64,000 nt of DNA from Antedon mediterranea (GCF_964355755.1 NC_092671.1:4712001-4776000), one strand, 5' to 3'; shown: positions 42,701-53,705, counted from the stretch's first letter. The notes: generated from the letters alone by a model not told the origin. A program made the numbers and translations.

Positions 42701-44503
42701 TATCCTTTAAATCAAGTCTTAATCTTATTTTATATAGGCCTAACAACGTCAAATATTAAATTAGCAGATTTATAAAGATTATAAAGATATATGAAAAGAG
42801 CGGTCAAATTAAAACCGAAAAACAGTCATGCTCTGCTAAAAAAAATCTATTTTAAAGAGGGCGCAATAACAAATAGTAAAAATAATATTCGGCAAAATTT
42901 GATTAACATAAATAAAAGTACATAGGCCTCAGAGTAGTCGACCAAACCAAGTCAGAAAATATTTAAAAATGGATTGTTTACTACATTAAAAATACATGTA
43001 ATTAAATTGTTTTTGGTGTTCATGCCATTTTTACTAGAAAACTTACATGAAAAACTGTAATTTAAAGAAAAAAATAGTCACAAGTTTGGGTTTTGGTTAT
43101 AAATCCCATTATTTGGTCTTTTTTGTAAGTTTTTTAAATAACTTAATTAAAATTGCCTATTTCAAAGTATGATGTTATTAATCTGGATCCCCATTGTGAA
43201 AATACATTATAAGCAACAATACATTTAAATTTGGTAAGTTTCAGACTGCTGACCATGGGTGAAGCTCTGTCTACACAAAATTTATGTGACAAAAATGTGA
43301 TCATTTGCCCATGATTACATATTTGGGCATATCACTACCATATTTGGCCACATCACACTTTTTTGTCAAACGAGTTTGATAGTGTAGACAGAGCTTAAAT
43401 GTGCTCACATGGACTGACATTTAAGAATAGTTTTTAATAGTAGGTCTATAACATTTAGACTAAAATAGCGATTGTTATTTCTTTAATGATAGGAATCTTT
43501 TAAAACGTCTGTACCTGAAGTATTGTACGATAACGAGAATCCCTTTCCATTGATAGATTTATCCGTGATAAATCGAAACCAAACTTCTCGGCCGTTTAGT
43601 TCCAAAGTATCTGGGATATTGCTGGTAGAATCATCTCCTGTTAGATACTCGGCATTTTCAATATCACTGGAATCGCTACCAATACCATAATACAAGATGT
43701 CCAACTTATTTTCCAGTTGAAAATCTGTAATTGTGACTGTATACTGGTACGCTAACGGAACGTCAATGACGTATGTGCAATCTAGGTTATTGTCGTAACC
43801 ACCAGCCGGATTATTTGAAATATCACCTGTAGATTCAGTGTAGGTTCCACCGCATGACGATTGCCCTGAAAGAAAAAGCCATAATAGTGAAGACAGTACG
43901 CAATCATTGTTTCTCTCTACAGATATCCGGCCCTGCTGTAGGCCTAGTAATGAAGAATTCTGACCTAGAGAACTTGGTCGAAATCCTGCTCGAGAATTAT
44001 CAAATAGACTCATACTATAAAGGCCTATAATAAATATTTATAATATACGCATTAATTAGGCCTTCCGTTCGATTATGTGCAACATATATAACATCTAGAT
44101 CACTAACAATAATGATGACTATAATTATGCATAGAGCACCTATTACATCAACATTTTTTAAAGAAAAAACATTAATGCATTATTTATTTTGCATAGTGGA
44201 TCACAGGTAAAAGGGTTGATAGATTTAGTTTTTTTAATTTCAAATTAGTTAAAAAAAATTCCCTTAGTCCATAATCAAGTGTAACACTGTATTCAATCTT
44301 ATCTTACTTAGATCTTACTTTCTATATGCTTAGAAAGCGTGCTAGAGGCTTAAAACAAGTAAAAATGAATCAAAACAAATACATTTGAAGAAGAAAAAAA
44401 GATTATAAAACTACATACCGTTACTAATGGGAACATTAATAAAGTTTAAAATAACTCCAATTATCAGTAACCTGTAACCCAACATTCTCGTCGGTTCCTT
44501 CAT
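1..44503 (-). CDS. Giant secreted or cell-surface CUB / C-type lectin / fibronectin type III mosaic protein (cubilin-like or mannose-receptor-like by domain content); 3' end lies beyond the left edge of the window
   Basis: Manually spliced GT-AG exons keep one frame: 44503-44419 (MKEPTRMLGYRLLIIGVILNFINVPISNG, signal peptide), 43865-43515, 42320-42106, 41898-41772, 41490-41128, 40457-40377, 27509-27386, 26207-26023, 25371-25231, 24698-24519, 23996-23782, 23456-23336 (CUB1-6); 22969-22772, 22461-22267, 21964-21665, 21264-21070, 20816-20628, 20018-19728, 19478-19290, 18775-18572, 17724-17425, 16842-16660, 16180-15977, 15667-15383 (4x CTL-FN3); 14798-14575, 14114-13985, 13496-13155, 12739-12526, 12191-12007, 11614-11456, 10959-10768, 10587-10370, 10282-10162 (CUB7-11); 9796-9608, 9123-8920, 8426-8284, 7757-7601, 7151-6957, 6555-6352, 6258-5962, 5762-5571, 5187-4984, 4278-4136, 4040-3887, 3646-3446, 2935-2726, 2256-1963, 1566-1384, 715-512, 208-<1 (5x CTL-FN3). 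Motifs: SPxYPxxYPNNxxCxW and FxSDxSxxGxGF (CUB); CPxGW..CYKF..TWxxAxxxC..WIG..QPD..C..WxDxxC..YICE (CTL); LTWxP..GY..GLxPxTxYxF (FN3). Domain-boundary introns are phase 1. About 10.1 kb of CDS is visible. Confidence 0.9.
335..423 (-). mobile_element. Truncated 5' head of the same tRNA-derived SINE
   Basis: Closely similar to 51703-51790 (ACCATGGAGCGAGTGAGCCTCAAACC...CTTAACCGTTCGGACACTCACTC). Confidence 0.7.
847..1006. mobile_element. Harbinger-like MITE copy
   Basis: AGCTATGTCTACACTGTCAAAC...GTTGACAGAGCT with the internal ATATGGTAGTGATATG repeat. Confidence 0.65.
2355..2600. repeat. Degenerate purine-rich low-complexity repeat (AGAGAAGCAGC-like)
   Basis: Recurrent GAGCAGC / GAGAAGCAGCT / CAGCTAAGAGAC motifs inside an intron. 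Confidence 0.45.
10162..14798 (-). CDS. Second CUB x5 block of the giant gene
   Basis: GNITSPNFPSPYPPNANCAY; SSSYPNQYPNYENCTW..MTSDYSITGRGF; ITSPLYPNNYENNVNCVW; ISSPSYPMDYPNNADCIW. Confidence 0.88.
10604..10640. repeat. (GATT)n microsatellite just upstream of a splice acceptor
   Basis: ATTGATTGATTGGTTGATTGATTGTTTGATTGATTGAT. Confidence 0.8.
14270..14395 (+). mobile_element. Degenerate SINE remnant with a CORE-like central domain
   Basis: GTGTTCTTAAGCAAAACACTTT...TGCCTCCATCCACCCAGGTGTACAAATGGGTACC resembles the central conserved domains of invertebrate SINEs. Confidence 0.45.
15383..22969 (-). CDS. First (C-type lectin-FN3) x4 block of the giant gene
   Basis: Four repeats, each two CTL exons split at WIG plus one FN3 exon of 285-300 nt; matches ORF-track fragments 22202-22468, 21594-21986, 19714-19980, 17393-17794 and 15330-15686. 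Confidence 0.88.
17041..17172. mobile_element. Harbinger-like MITE copy
   Basis: AGCTCTGTCTACACTATCAAAC...GTAGACAGAG. Confidence 0.7.
23336..43865 (-). CDS. N-terminal CUB x6 block of the giant gene (exons 2-12), interrupted by a 12.9 kb intron (27510-40376)
   Basis: Examples: CGGTYTESTGDISNNPAGGYDNNLDCTYVI...FITDKSINGKGF; SSNYPNNYPN...FVSDYSSSGRGF; the exon 27509-27386 (VVIKSPEYPNQYPND...) continues in frame from 40457-40377 across the large intron. Confidence 0.85.
24158..24282. mobile_element. Harbinger-like MITE copy with TTA target duplication
   Basis: TTA|AGCTCTATCTACACTATCAAAC...GTTTGATAGTGTAGACAAGGCT|TTA. Confidence 0.7.
25067..25208. mobile_element. Degenerate Tc1/mariner-type MITE (TACAGTAGAAC...GTTCTACTGTA family); fragments also at about 4685-4759, 26247-26300 and 49872-49930
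   Basis: TA-CAGTAGAAC termini with recurring GGGGACAC / GTGTCCCCT-TAATAGG internal motifs. Confidence 0.5.
25732..25907. mobile_element. MITE with TTAA target duplication (Kolobok-like termini)
   Basis: TTAA|AGGACAACTTAACCAAGAACCATA ... TATGGTTCTTGGTAAAGTTGTCCT|TTAA. Confidence 0.7.
34930..38024 (-). mobile_element. HINE family C copies 3 and 4 (C3 body 34930-36443 without its own 5' end; C4 complete 36444-38024), nested in B2
   Basis: Two CTAG/stem-loop 3' ends (34930 and 36444) but only one 5' hairpin (about 37998-38024). Confidence 0.78.
38025..39615 (-). mobile_element. HINE family D (C-type termini, partly B-like interior), complete copy inserted at the C4 5' terminus
   Basis: ACTAGACCTGAAACTCGTCACTTTGACGAGTTAGTTATCCGC ... 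CACAAGGAGTTATCCGCTACTAAGCGGATAACTAA. Confidence 0.8.
43263..43395. mobile_element. Harbinger-like MITE copy
   Basis: AGCTCTGTCTACAC...GTTTGATAGTGTAGACAGAGCT. Confidence 0.7.
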
Positions 44504-45290
44504 TGCCAAACGTTCCGAGAGTGCGTGTGGATAAGATCACGAGAACGTTACAAGTACAGCTAATAGGCGTAGGTCTACACATTGTTCTAAACTCTTATTG
44601 AACTAAGTCAATCCTATCTAATTATTATCTTTTTAAAAAAACATCCCAACCCAATGGTATCTTACCCATTATGATAACAATTTGATTTTGGCAAGCATTA
44701 TCGATTAGCTATTCTCCCAATGTAAATAACTAAACCTCAGTCATACCAATTTTGAACTCCCGCAAATATTTTGACTTGGACTTCGAACAAACTTTGTGAA
44801 CACACTATTAAATTAGCAGAATCATCATTAGTTGTGATGACAGTGTCTGGTACCAGCCCTAAAAGCACACCTTGTGTTGATGGTTTCAATTAAAAAACAT
44901 TTAGTTAAGATAAATTCCACCCTAGATTATAACCAGTGAGATGATAATGGCATGGCGTATGTACAAAAGGTAAATGCAGTCAGTTGATTTATCAGACAGT
45001 TATCTAAAAAGGCGCGTTACATAAAACGAACTCAACTTCCAATTTCATAACGGTTTTGCACATGTTATCTTTTTGTTAACCACTTAAAATTTAATCTACA
45101 CGTTAATATCAAACATTATTAACATCAATGGTATTTCATTTTATCAGACAACATACCTTTCTCATTGAAATACACCTCAACAAACGTTTCTCTCTCTCTC
45201 TCTCTCTTTTTAAACAAGGCAATTAGGTATATGGATTTAATCATTTAAAAAATGTTTCAATAAATATACAGGATAGGCCTACTGATGTAA

Positions 45291-45417
45291 AGCTCTGTCT
45301 ACACTATCAACATACCAATTTGGACATGATAATGTCGTATCACGACTATATTTGGGCATATCACTACCATGGGCACATCACACATTTTTGTCAAAGTTTG
45401 ATAGTGTAGACAGAGCT
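45291..45417. mobile_element. PIF/Harbinger (Tourist-like) MITE, representative copy of the most abundant family in the window
   Basis: TIR AGCTCTGTCTACACTATCAA.../...TTGATAGTGTAGACAGAGCT with TAA flanks. Related copies at about 847-1006, 5325-5413, 9410-9535, 12347-12475, 15811-15934, 17041-17172, 24158-24282, 40772-41048, 43263-43395, 50596-50765 and 57550-57687. Confidence 0.75.
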
Positions 45418-45931
45418 TAAGAGTAGCTATAATGTAGTATAATAAGTAAAGTTCCATTTACATGAAACGCCAAAATGTCTTTAGGAACAAAGGCAAAACT
45501 CCAAAGATCCATAGCACACAACAAAAACTACTGTAGTCTTTGGCGAGTATAGTTGAAGAAGTCGTGAGAAATAAAATACTGATCTGACAAGATTTGAAAC
45601 CCAAGACCCAATGATCGGTAACCAAGCATTCAAACCACCGGGAAATTCCACTCCATTATGCTGACAAAGCGAAACATGAAAGAGGATAAGTGTGAACTGC
45701 AGGTTTAAAATTATTTTTATGAGATATTAAAAAGTGCAATCATATTGATGACTTCCAGTTTTTTAAGACTTGAACGCCATTTTAAACAGGACTGCACAAC
45801 TTTGTTTGTCATGTGTTAAAATTGGAATTTCTTTTATTTTAATTATGATAATAATCGTTAACCTGGAATATTATTATGTTATGTATTATTATATATTATT
45901 ATGGTCAATTATTTGGTTTCCTAGATTTATG

Positions 45932-46087
45932 AAAATAACGATTGTGAGGCATTTGATAAAAAAGCAAACTGCCTTGAAATGTCTTGACATGTTTCGAGAA
46001 ACTATTCTCATCATCCGAACAGAAAACAACGCAGAGACATTTTAAGTCAGTTTGCCTTTTTATCAAATGCCTCACAATCGTTATTTT
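45932..46087. repeat. Inverted repeat of about 52 bp enclosing a degenerate hammerhead-like motif (possible Penelope relic)
   Basis: AAAATAACGATTGTGAGGCATTTGATAAAAAAGCAAACTG.../...CAGTTTGCCTTTTTATCAAATGCCTCACAATCGTTATTTT; the minus-strand centre reads CGGATGA-T-GAGAA(TAGT)TTCTC-GAAACATGTC. Confidence 0.6.
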
Positions 46088-48239
46088 GAAAGTTCGGTGG
46101 AATCATATGATTTATTTATAAAAATTCTTACAATTTGCATGAATTTTGTTGTAAATTTGTGTAATTCTTAAACTTCAGGAATAATTAATTATGTAGTTCC
46201 CATTGCAGAGTGTTGGAAATGTTAAGCTACTCCAGCTGGTTGCAATAATACATTATTCAACTTGTAGGCGTTACATAAAACAAACTTCACTTTCAACACA
46301 CGTTTATTTGCACATTTTAATCATAATGATCACGTTGATCGTTTTATCTATACAAATGAAACGTCTCTCACCATGATTGAAAGTGATGTGTTTGATCGAC
46401 TGTACACAACCAATAATTCGTTATATAAGGAAAATCTTGCATGTTTGATGTTAACAAATTACCATGACTACAAAAAGTGCCATCTCCTTGGTAAATACGT
46501 TTATTTGTTAATTACAAAACTTGGACTTTGAGAAAAGTAGCAAAAACTTTATTATTGCTATAGAATGTTTTGGTTTAAAAATTAATCAAAGTAATTGTAG
46601 ACTCTAATGCATGACTTGCACTTTTTCCTAAGTGACGTTTTACAAATAAACGCCTAAAAGATATCAAGAAAACACGAGAAGACCAAACTAGACTCAATTG
46701 TAAATCTTTACAATATCATATCTTATTTTGTAGTATTTAATTTGAATACATAGCTATTAATCGTTGATAATTCGTTTTCTCATAATTATCCTCTTTTTTT
46801 AACATTATTTTCTGTACATAATATCTGTAGATAATAATTATTATAAAATTCAATACAGATAATACATTTACAACTGTGATGTAACAAATAACAAATATTT
46901 CGTTTGAAATCGATTCTCCAAAATTTGGAAAGTTTTCCATTCGAGATTTCTGATTAGGTCAAACTCACTCTCAGAAACTGAACCAAAATATTTGTCAAAA
47001 TAGTGACAGAGGGCACACAATTTAATATTTCGGCCCATGTTGAAAATACAGATAATTTAGTAGGATTTTATGACGTCATCAACATATCGATATTGAAAAT
47101 AGTTATGCAAAACAAAACAGATAAAACAAACATAAAAACAATTAATACATTTGGCATTAATTTATTGTACAATGTACTGGGACATTATTACTTCAAGAAA
47201 TTAAGTAACATTTTAAATATGATTTAACATTATTTATTAAAAGATTTGCACAATTATAACTTTCAAATTATAATTTAGGAAAATTTATTCATATTAATAT
47301 ATAAATCCAAAGGCAAATTACTGAAAAAATGACAATGCTGTCATATATTAATATATATATGCATATTTCATATACCAACAAAATTTTAAGAATCAACAAT
47401 AATAGAAACCTTAAACTTTCCAACCATAATTTAGACAAATTTAATCATAATTATATTTACATATTATATATAAGTAGTATATTTAAAATAAACAAACAAT
47501 TTCATCATATAATTTAAAATTATTTATTAAAAGAATTAGCATAGAATTGCATAATAACCTGTTTAAATTAAGTCAGTATAAACCTTTAGTTTAGGCAAAT
47601 TTATTTTATAATTATATTAACATTACTGTAGTTTAAAATGTGGCCAAGAAACAGCATCATATTATTTTTTCACAACAGTGGTTCATTGCATTTGACTACT
47701 CCTAAAAAGGCGAATTCACAACATACTTCTGGAGCTGAAAATATTATCAATGAATATTTTTATAATTACAGTCGAATTACACGACTCTAAAAAGTGTAAA
47801 CCATTTAGAAAAATCTTTTCTTTTCTTTAAGCTCATTTTTCACTACATAAACTTATTTGCACAAATCGAAAGAATCAGCTTATATGCATGCATGCTATGT
47901 TTCCAAATCCCTTTCTGCAACAAATTCTAGTTCTAGTTTTTGATCCAGTGAATAGTTTTAACAGCAAAGAAACTATTATTTGTCACACCTATTAGCATGC
48001 AATTCAAAATCTCATGAAATGAAAATGCCAGCTATTCGCTCTTATATTGGAAAGAATAGCGTGATCTTTGATTATATTGAATTCGTGCCAATAAATTTGC
48101 CAGGTGAAAAACAGACTCAGGTTCCAAAAGGTTATATGTTTCAACGTTATTACAGAAGATTATATTTTTCAATTAACAATATAAATTTTAAACCCGGAGC
48201 TACCCTTTAAGAGAGATGACTGCAAAATGAACTGCACGG

Positions 48240-50896
48240 TTACTTAGCAACTTCTGTGTCAAGGTAGTAGCCAAGGCCGTGTCTCGCTTGCTCTAGAATG
48301 CTGGCAATCTTAACAGATTCTTCATGATTCATTGTTGGATGCTCTTTCAAACCTGTGAATAATAAAACAAATTTAAGGCTATGTTCACTAAGGCTACGTT
48401 CTGTTATCTGGAAATACTGTAGTCATTAAATCAAATAATTGACTCACCTTGCTGTAAGCAGTCTCTGACAGCTTGGGCTTCAAAGCGCATTCCAGTACTG
48501 TTGTCAAAGTTTAAAGGTTTACCTGGTTTTGGTAAAATAAAACTAAGGTTCTCCACTCCTTTCTCATCTGCAATTTGAAGATGGGTTGGGCACCAAAATG
48601 GAAAAAATATCTGGAAAAAAAAACGGTATTTAATGGTGTAATGCCATATGCTCCTCCAACAATTGCTCGCGTACAGCTTATGGGTTGTTCAGACATGCAA
48701 CAGTAATGGTGTTGTAATTAAAGCAAGTCATAAACTAACAGTGGCAAACAAAACTTGGTAAAGTTTGCTATTGTAGGCATAATATTCATTAGTTATCATT
48801 GCATACCCTCATTCTACCTCTGGTACCGACAATATCAGCTTCGTTTGGCAGAGTACATGTACCGGTGCATGTTAGAACTGCAATGCCATTGTTAGGAAAT
48901 AATAACGTTGTTGTACTTGTCTCATCCACTCCTATAAAAATATTTAATAATATTTATCATTTTTATACATGCGTAACCCCCCCCCCCCCCCCCACAAAAA
49001 AAAGTGAAGTAACAGAATACCTGATTCTGCTAGGAATCCTTTAGTTGTGACAGATAATGGCATCTGACCTGAAAATACCATAAGTGCAAGCTGCACTGTG
49101 TAAATACCAAGGTCTAATAGAGTACCTCCTCCCAATTCTGTAAAAGCAAAATATATTTTTTTTTTAGATTTTAAAAGAAAATTATACACAAAATAAATAG
49201 TTTATATTCACACTTTGGCAACTGAAATACATTATACAGTAGAACTTTTTTTTAAATGATAAGCAGGAAAGCATTCTCTGATAAAAACTAATTTGCATAG
49301 GATCACTAATTTGCATAGGATCACTAATTTGCATAGTATCACTAATTTGCATAGGATCAATAATTGTCATAGGATCACGAATTTGCATAAGATCACTCAT
49401 TTGCATAGGATCACTCATTTGCATAGGATAACTAATTTTCATAGGAATACTAATTTGCATAGGATTACTAATTTGCATAGGATTACTAATTTGCATAGGC
49501 TAACTAATTTGCATAGGATCACTAATTTGCATAAACCACTATAGATTTCCCACACCTTTGCTTGAAACTCTTGATACTCCCATGAGTGGGTACCCAAATG
49601 ACGCCATCACACACTTAATATCGCCGATTCTTCCTGAAGAAATAACTTCTCGCACTTTATTATAAACTGGAAAAAATCTGCTCCACACAGCCTGCAAAAT
49701 ATTCAAATGAAATACTACAATTGAAACAAAATTATTGGTATTTGAGTGAGAACCAAAAAAATCAGATTCAGTAAAACCATGGGATACACCTATAAGAAAT
49801 ACCAATATAAAGTGGACATTATCCTGTAAAACGAACAAACTAGGATAATATATGTTTTAACAGCCAATCTATATTCAGGGGACACCTGTTGTATCCTAAA
49901 GATGTTCCCTTATAAGGAGTTCTACTGTATCTCTTTTCTCACGTACTGCTTGGTGCTAGAGACGCAACACAAGAATGTTGGTGCAACATAAGTAATTTGA
50001 CCAATCACAAGCGATGAATTAATATTCAAACGGTAACTTGTCATTGGTCAACTCTCTTGCATTGCATCTACGTAACATTTTTGCATTGCGTCTCTAGTGG
50101 GAACCAAGCTTAAACAATATTTATATATATTTAAACTGGATTTTGTTTTTATTCGGAATAAATTCTGATGGGCTGACTATGAAATGAGAAAAAAGCTGTA
50201 TGGAGACACTATATTTTTTTCCCATGAGATGACAAATAAATGAATGTTGTGTATATATGACAAGAAAAAATTGTAAAAAAATATTTTATACTTGCAGCAT
50301 TTCTTTTATATAGCGACATTTTGATTATTTGTTTTCAGAGAGCATAGTAAATCTAAATTCTACACTGCATTTTGACTTAATATAGGTAAAACATATGGCA
50401 CACATACGAATAAATACTTGAGCTGGGCAGACAAAAATCGATTGGTGGGCATAACATAAATAAGACAATAACTACAAGGGGAATGCCTACAAGTGTAGGT
50501 ATATGAAATGCAATGTGTGCCTATATAATTTTCCTAAATTAATATAAATCCAAATTGCAGTCTAGAACCTAGACAACCAAACTGTATCTTGATAAAGCCT
50601 TGTCTACGCTATCAAACTAGTTTGACAAAGTGCATATTATGGTAGTGATATACCCAAATATGGTAGTGATATTCCCAAATATGGTACTGATATGACATCA
50701 TCATATCTATATATGGCCACATCACATTTTATTTTCACGTAAAGTTTGATGACGTACACAAAGATTAAGAATACATAGTCTGTTTGAACTTCCTATTTGT
50801 TTGATAATGAATGATTAACAATCTGTGGTGCTAATAATAATATAATGTCGAAATACAAATAAAATATACATCATTTTAAAGATTTTAGGTCTCAAG

Positions 50897-50936
<40 letters not shown>

Positions 50937-53163
50937 GTAAGCAGATAAAAAAAACCAGAAAACAAAGATGATAAAGATCTGTTTTCCTCCTTTATAGGAT
51001 AAACAAACCAAATCCTACATTAATGTCATATTAAGTTTAACTCATATCATGTGGAAGCTTACAAACTGGAAAATCAAATTTACACACATTTTAAAACTCA
51101 AATTCTGGTTTGCAACTCTTGTATTTTTAAATGGGACTTCCCAAATAACCACACATCAATCTTACAACATCAAAGTCAACTTTATTGTCTTATTTAAAGT
51201 CTACCATCTATTGTTTGCCTTCACCTTTCACCTTTATGTCTGGTTTAGAAAAGTATTTTCAGTCTGCACAATTTCTAACTACGAAAAAATCCGCTAAACT
51301 TGTTTATTTTTAATATGGGAAACTTCACAAAAAAACCCTACTGTATATAATCAGTCTCCAATAATATATTGTAGCAGGAAAGAGTGAAATTTCACTCTCT
51401 CCTGATTGTAGACAGTACCTAGAAAACAAACAATCATGAAAAATCATGACGCCTCTTACCAAAAGTTAGGATGGGTTGATTGATTGAAATATATATTTAT
51501 ACTGGGTAACCTCTTCAGTCAAAGACTGGTCTCCCAGAGGGCCCAGTTGGTGATCAGTGGCTGTGATGTACTAATACACCGGGGTAACCCCCTACTCGTC
51601 TCAAAAGATGTACTAGGTTCTTTAAAGTGCACACGAGCAAGTTGTGTACACTGGACCTACGGTTTATAGTCCTTATCCGAGAAGACTCGTTCTACCACCA
51701 GAACCATGGAGTGAGTGAGCCTCGAACCTCTGCCGATGTTATGGCTACGTGATTACGGTTCCACTGTCTTAACCGCTCGGCCACTCACTCACTTATACAT
51801 GCCCCGACTGGAAAGTGTTAAATATCAATTTAAATTTCTTTAAGCTGTTCCTGAGACCAGGCTGGATTAGATCAATGAATCGTTTTCACATGAATTGATG
51901 AAAATATATCGATGGAATGCTCCAAACGAAAGTCATTACAGAGATATGCTGATTTTGATAACTTATGATTGAAATGATAATGATCAATAATGAAAAAATA
52001 AAAGATTGAATTGAATTAGATAATATTATGATGGCGATGATTATTGTCATAATGATGAGGAAGAAAAAAATGATGGCAGCAATGCGAGTAAAAATTATTT
52101 TCTTTGCTGCCTTGATTTTTTATTTTGTTGGTCTTTTTCACAGCTTTTCAATTACTCAAGGGCCAAATGAGAAAAAACAAATTAGAAATTTGAATTAGAA
52201 ATTAAAATTAATTTTATCTATTAATACAGCACTTAAAAGTTAAACCTGATAGGAAACACACTTTTTTTAGGCATGAAAATGAGGAACAAAAATGAAGATG
52301 ACGGGAAACAATGTCATTAAAATGTATGGATATGAAGTGAGTGATGAAAGGATGGATAATGAAATTGATAAATGAAATAAATGAAATGTGTATGGATAAA
52401 GTTATACCTCCATCATGAAAAGGTTTTTTTCTTTAGCTAGTTCAGTTATTTCTTTGACTTCATCAGCATTCATACCAAGAGGCTTCTCGCATAAGATGGG
52501 TTTACCATGGTTCAGAAAAAGCTTGCATAAACTTAAGTGCTGAGTATTAATAGAACCTATGTATATGACATCTGTGAACAAACAGTAAATTATAACAATA
52601 GAAAAGAATGTTAACGCGAGAAGTTTTTTAAGGAATGTTTTAAGAAAGAAGCTCATTCCAATCCATAAACCTTTGACTTCACAATGCATGCATTGCGATT
52701 GATATTTGCTATTTTTTTTAAATAATTTATATAATCATAATGCATCTGCTCTGTTGGAAGAAACAATTAACAATTACTATACAATATACTTTTATAGAGT
52801 TATTGTGCTTTAACACTGTTTATTGTTTTCTTTTACAATAAAAATGGTACATTTTTAAACAACATTAAAATAAATAATTCGCATTGAAAATAAATAATTC
52901 GCATTGGAATTAGTTTAAACGAGGAACCTATTCAAAATCTAAGCTAAGGTATTATACTTACCAACATTGGCGTCCATAGCCAATTCTTCATATGTCCCGT
53001 AGGCAGATTCGATCTTGTGATTACCAGCAAAAACCTTTGCATTTTCCAGTGATCTGGCAGCAACTGCAGTGACTTTGTGCTCTTCAGAATCCAGCGTTCT
53101 GAGGGCTACAACAAAATCATTTGAAATTTTACCAGCACTGCAAATTCCCCATTTAGTTGACAT
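48240..53163 (-). CDS. DHDH: Trans-1,2-dihydrobenzene-1,2-diol dehydrogenase (dimeric dihydrodiol / D-xylose dehydrogenase, GFO/IDH/MocA family), 339 aa
   Basis: Exons 53163-52962, 52571-52408, 49691-49556, 49137-49021, 48931-48807, 48610-48448, 48352-48240 total 1020 nt in frame. Motifs MSTKWGICSAGKISNDF, AVAARS, GKPILCEKP, FMMEAVWSRFFP, ELGGGTLLDLGIY, GVDE, FWCPT, NFDNSTGMRFEA are typical of animal DHDH. Confidence 0.95.
49287..49533. repeat. 18-bp minisatellite (ACTAATTTGCATAGGATC), about 14 units, in DHDH intron 3
   Basis: Direct reading of the tandem units; it explains the spurious ORFs (MQISDP)n and (HRITNL)n. Confidence 0.95.
49948..50111. mobile_element. Second MITE family (TIR AGCTTGGTTCCCACTAG.ACGCAA); other copies at about 59288-59415 and 1100-1200
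   Basis: Shared GACGCAA...GACCAATCACAAG...TTGCGT..CTAGTGGGAACCAAGCT structure with inverted symmetry. Confidence 0.6.
51476..51790 (-). mobile_element. tRNA-derived SINE, near full length, in DHDH intron 2
   Basis: The minus-strand head GTGAGTGAGTGGCCGAGCGGTTAAGACAGTGG...GGTTCGAGGCTCACTCAC carries pol III A and B boxes, and the tail is (ATCA)n. A second head-only copy lies at 335-423. Confidence 0.75.
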
Positions 53164-53705
53164 TTTTAATGTACTATACAGGTAGTTTGATGTTAAAATA
53201 ATTGAGTTTAGCTCAGTTGGGTTGGAAGGTTGTTAGGTTCTTGGTTGTAATAGGCGTGAAAAGAACAAAATACAGTACACACATGATGATCAAAGGTCAA
53301 ATTTCGTTATGCTTGATCGAGTCATCTAGGTCAGTAAATGACCTTTCAAGCAACCCTGGGGGATGGCATAGCCCATCATATCGTGGATCGGGATGTTTTT
53401 GAGGTGGACGATTTATTCTAGAAAATATGTGAAGCTAATAGTTCCGAATTTTGGTACTAGAGTTTAGAGTGTTCTAAAAAAAAGAATGGGTTTAATCTTT
53501 GGAGTTTTTGAATTACGTACAATTTAACACGTAGACCTAGTACTTGATAAGAGTATCAACCCCGTGATCGCAGCTGTTTGTTTTGATTCGACGATGTGCA
53601 TCAGTCTATGTCCCCGTGTAATTCGTCACAAATTTAATCATTTTTTATCTGCAACGTGTATGCAATCTGTTACATTTATACTGTTTTAAACAACAAAAAT
53701 CAGTT
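53164..53705. promoter_or_regulatory. Putative bidirectional promoter shared by DHDH and DAP
   Basis: The divergent ATGs are only about 540 bp apart, with local CpG enrichment (GATCG, TCGT, CGACG, CCCGTG) relative to flanking introns. Confidence 0.6.

Noticed and set aside
1-44503. Assigning a symbol such as CUBN, MRC1 or EBR1 to the giant gene
   Set aside because: It lacks the EGF cluster of cubilin, the ricin/FN2 domains of MRC1 and the TSP1 repeats of EBR1. Orthology cannot be established from the sequence alone.
47220-47620. Degenerate AT-rich duplications downstream of DHDH
   Set aside because: Low complexity with no definable unit or termini.
49182-49544. Repetitive ORFs (MQISDP)n and (HRITNL)n
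   Set aside because: Translations of an intronic 18-bp minisatellite; DHDH splices around it in frame.
50902-50932. Poly(A) tract as a retrocopy tail
   Set aside because: No recognisable upstream retrogene or SINE body and no clear TSD.
51700-51790. tRNA gene
   Set aside because: It has A/B boxes but no proper cloverleaf or anticodon arm, is followed by a SINE body and simple-repeat tail, and has a degenerate second copy. It is a SINE head.
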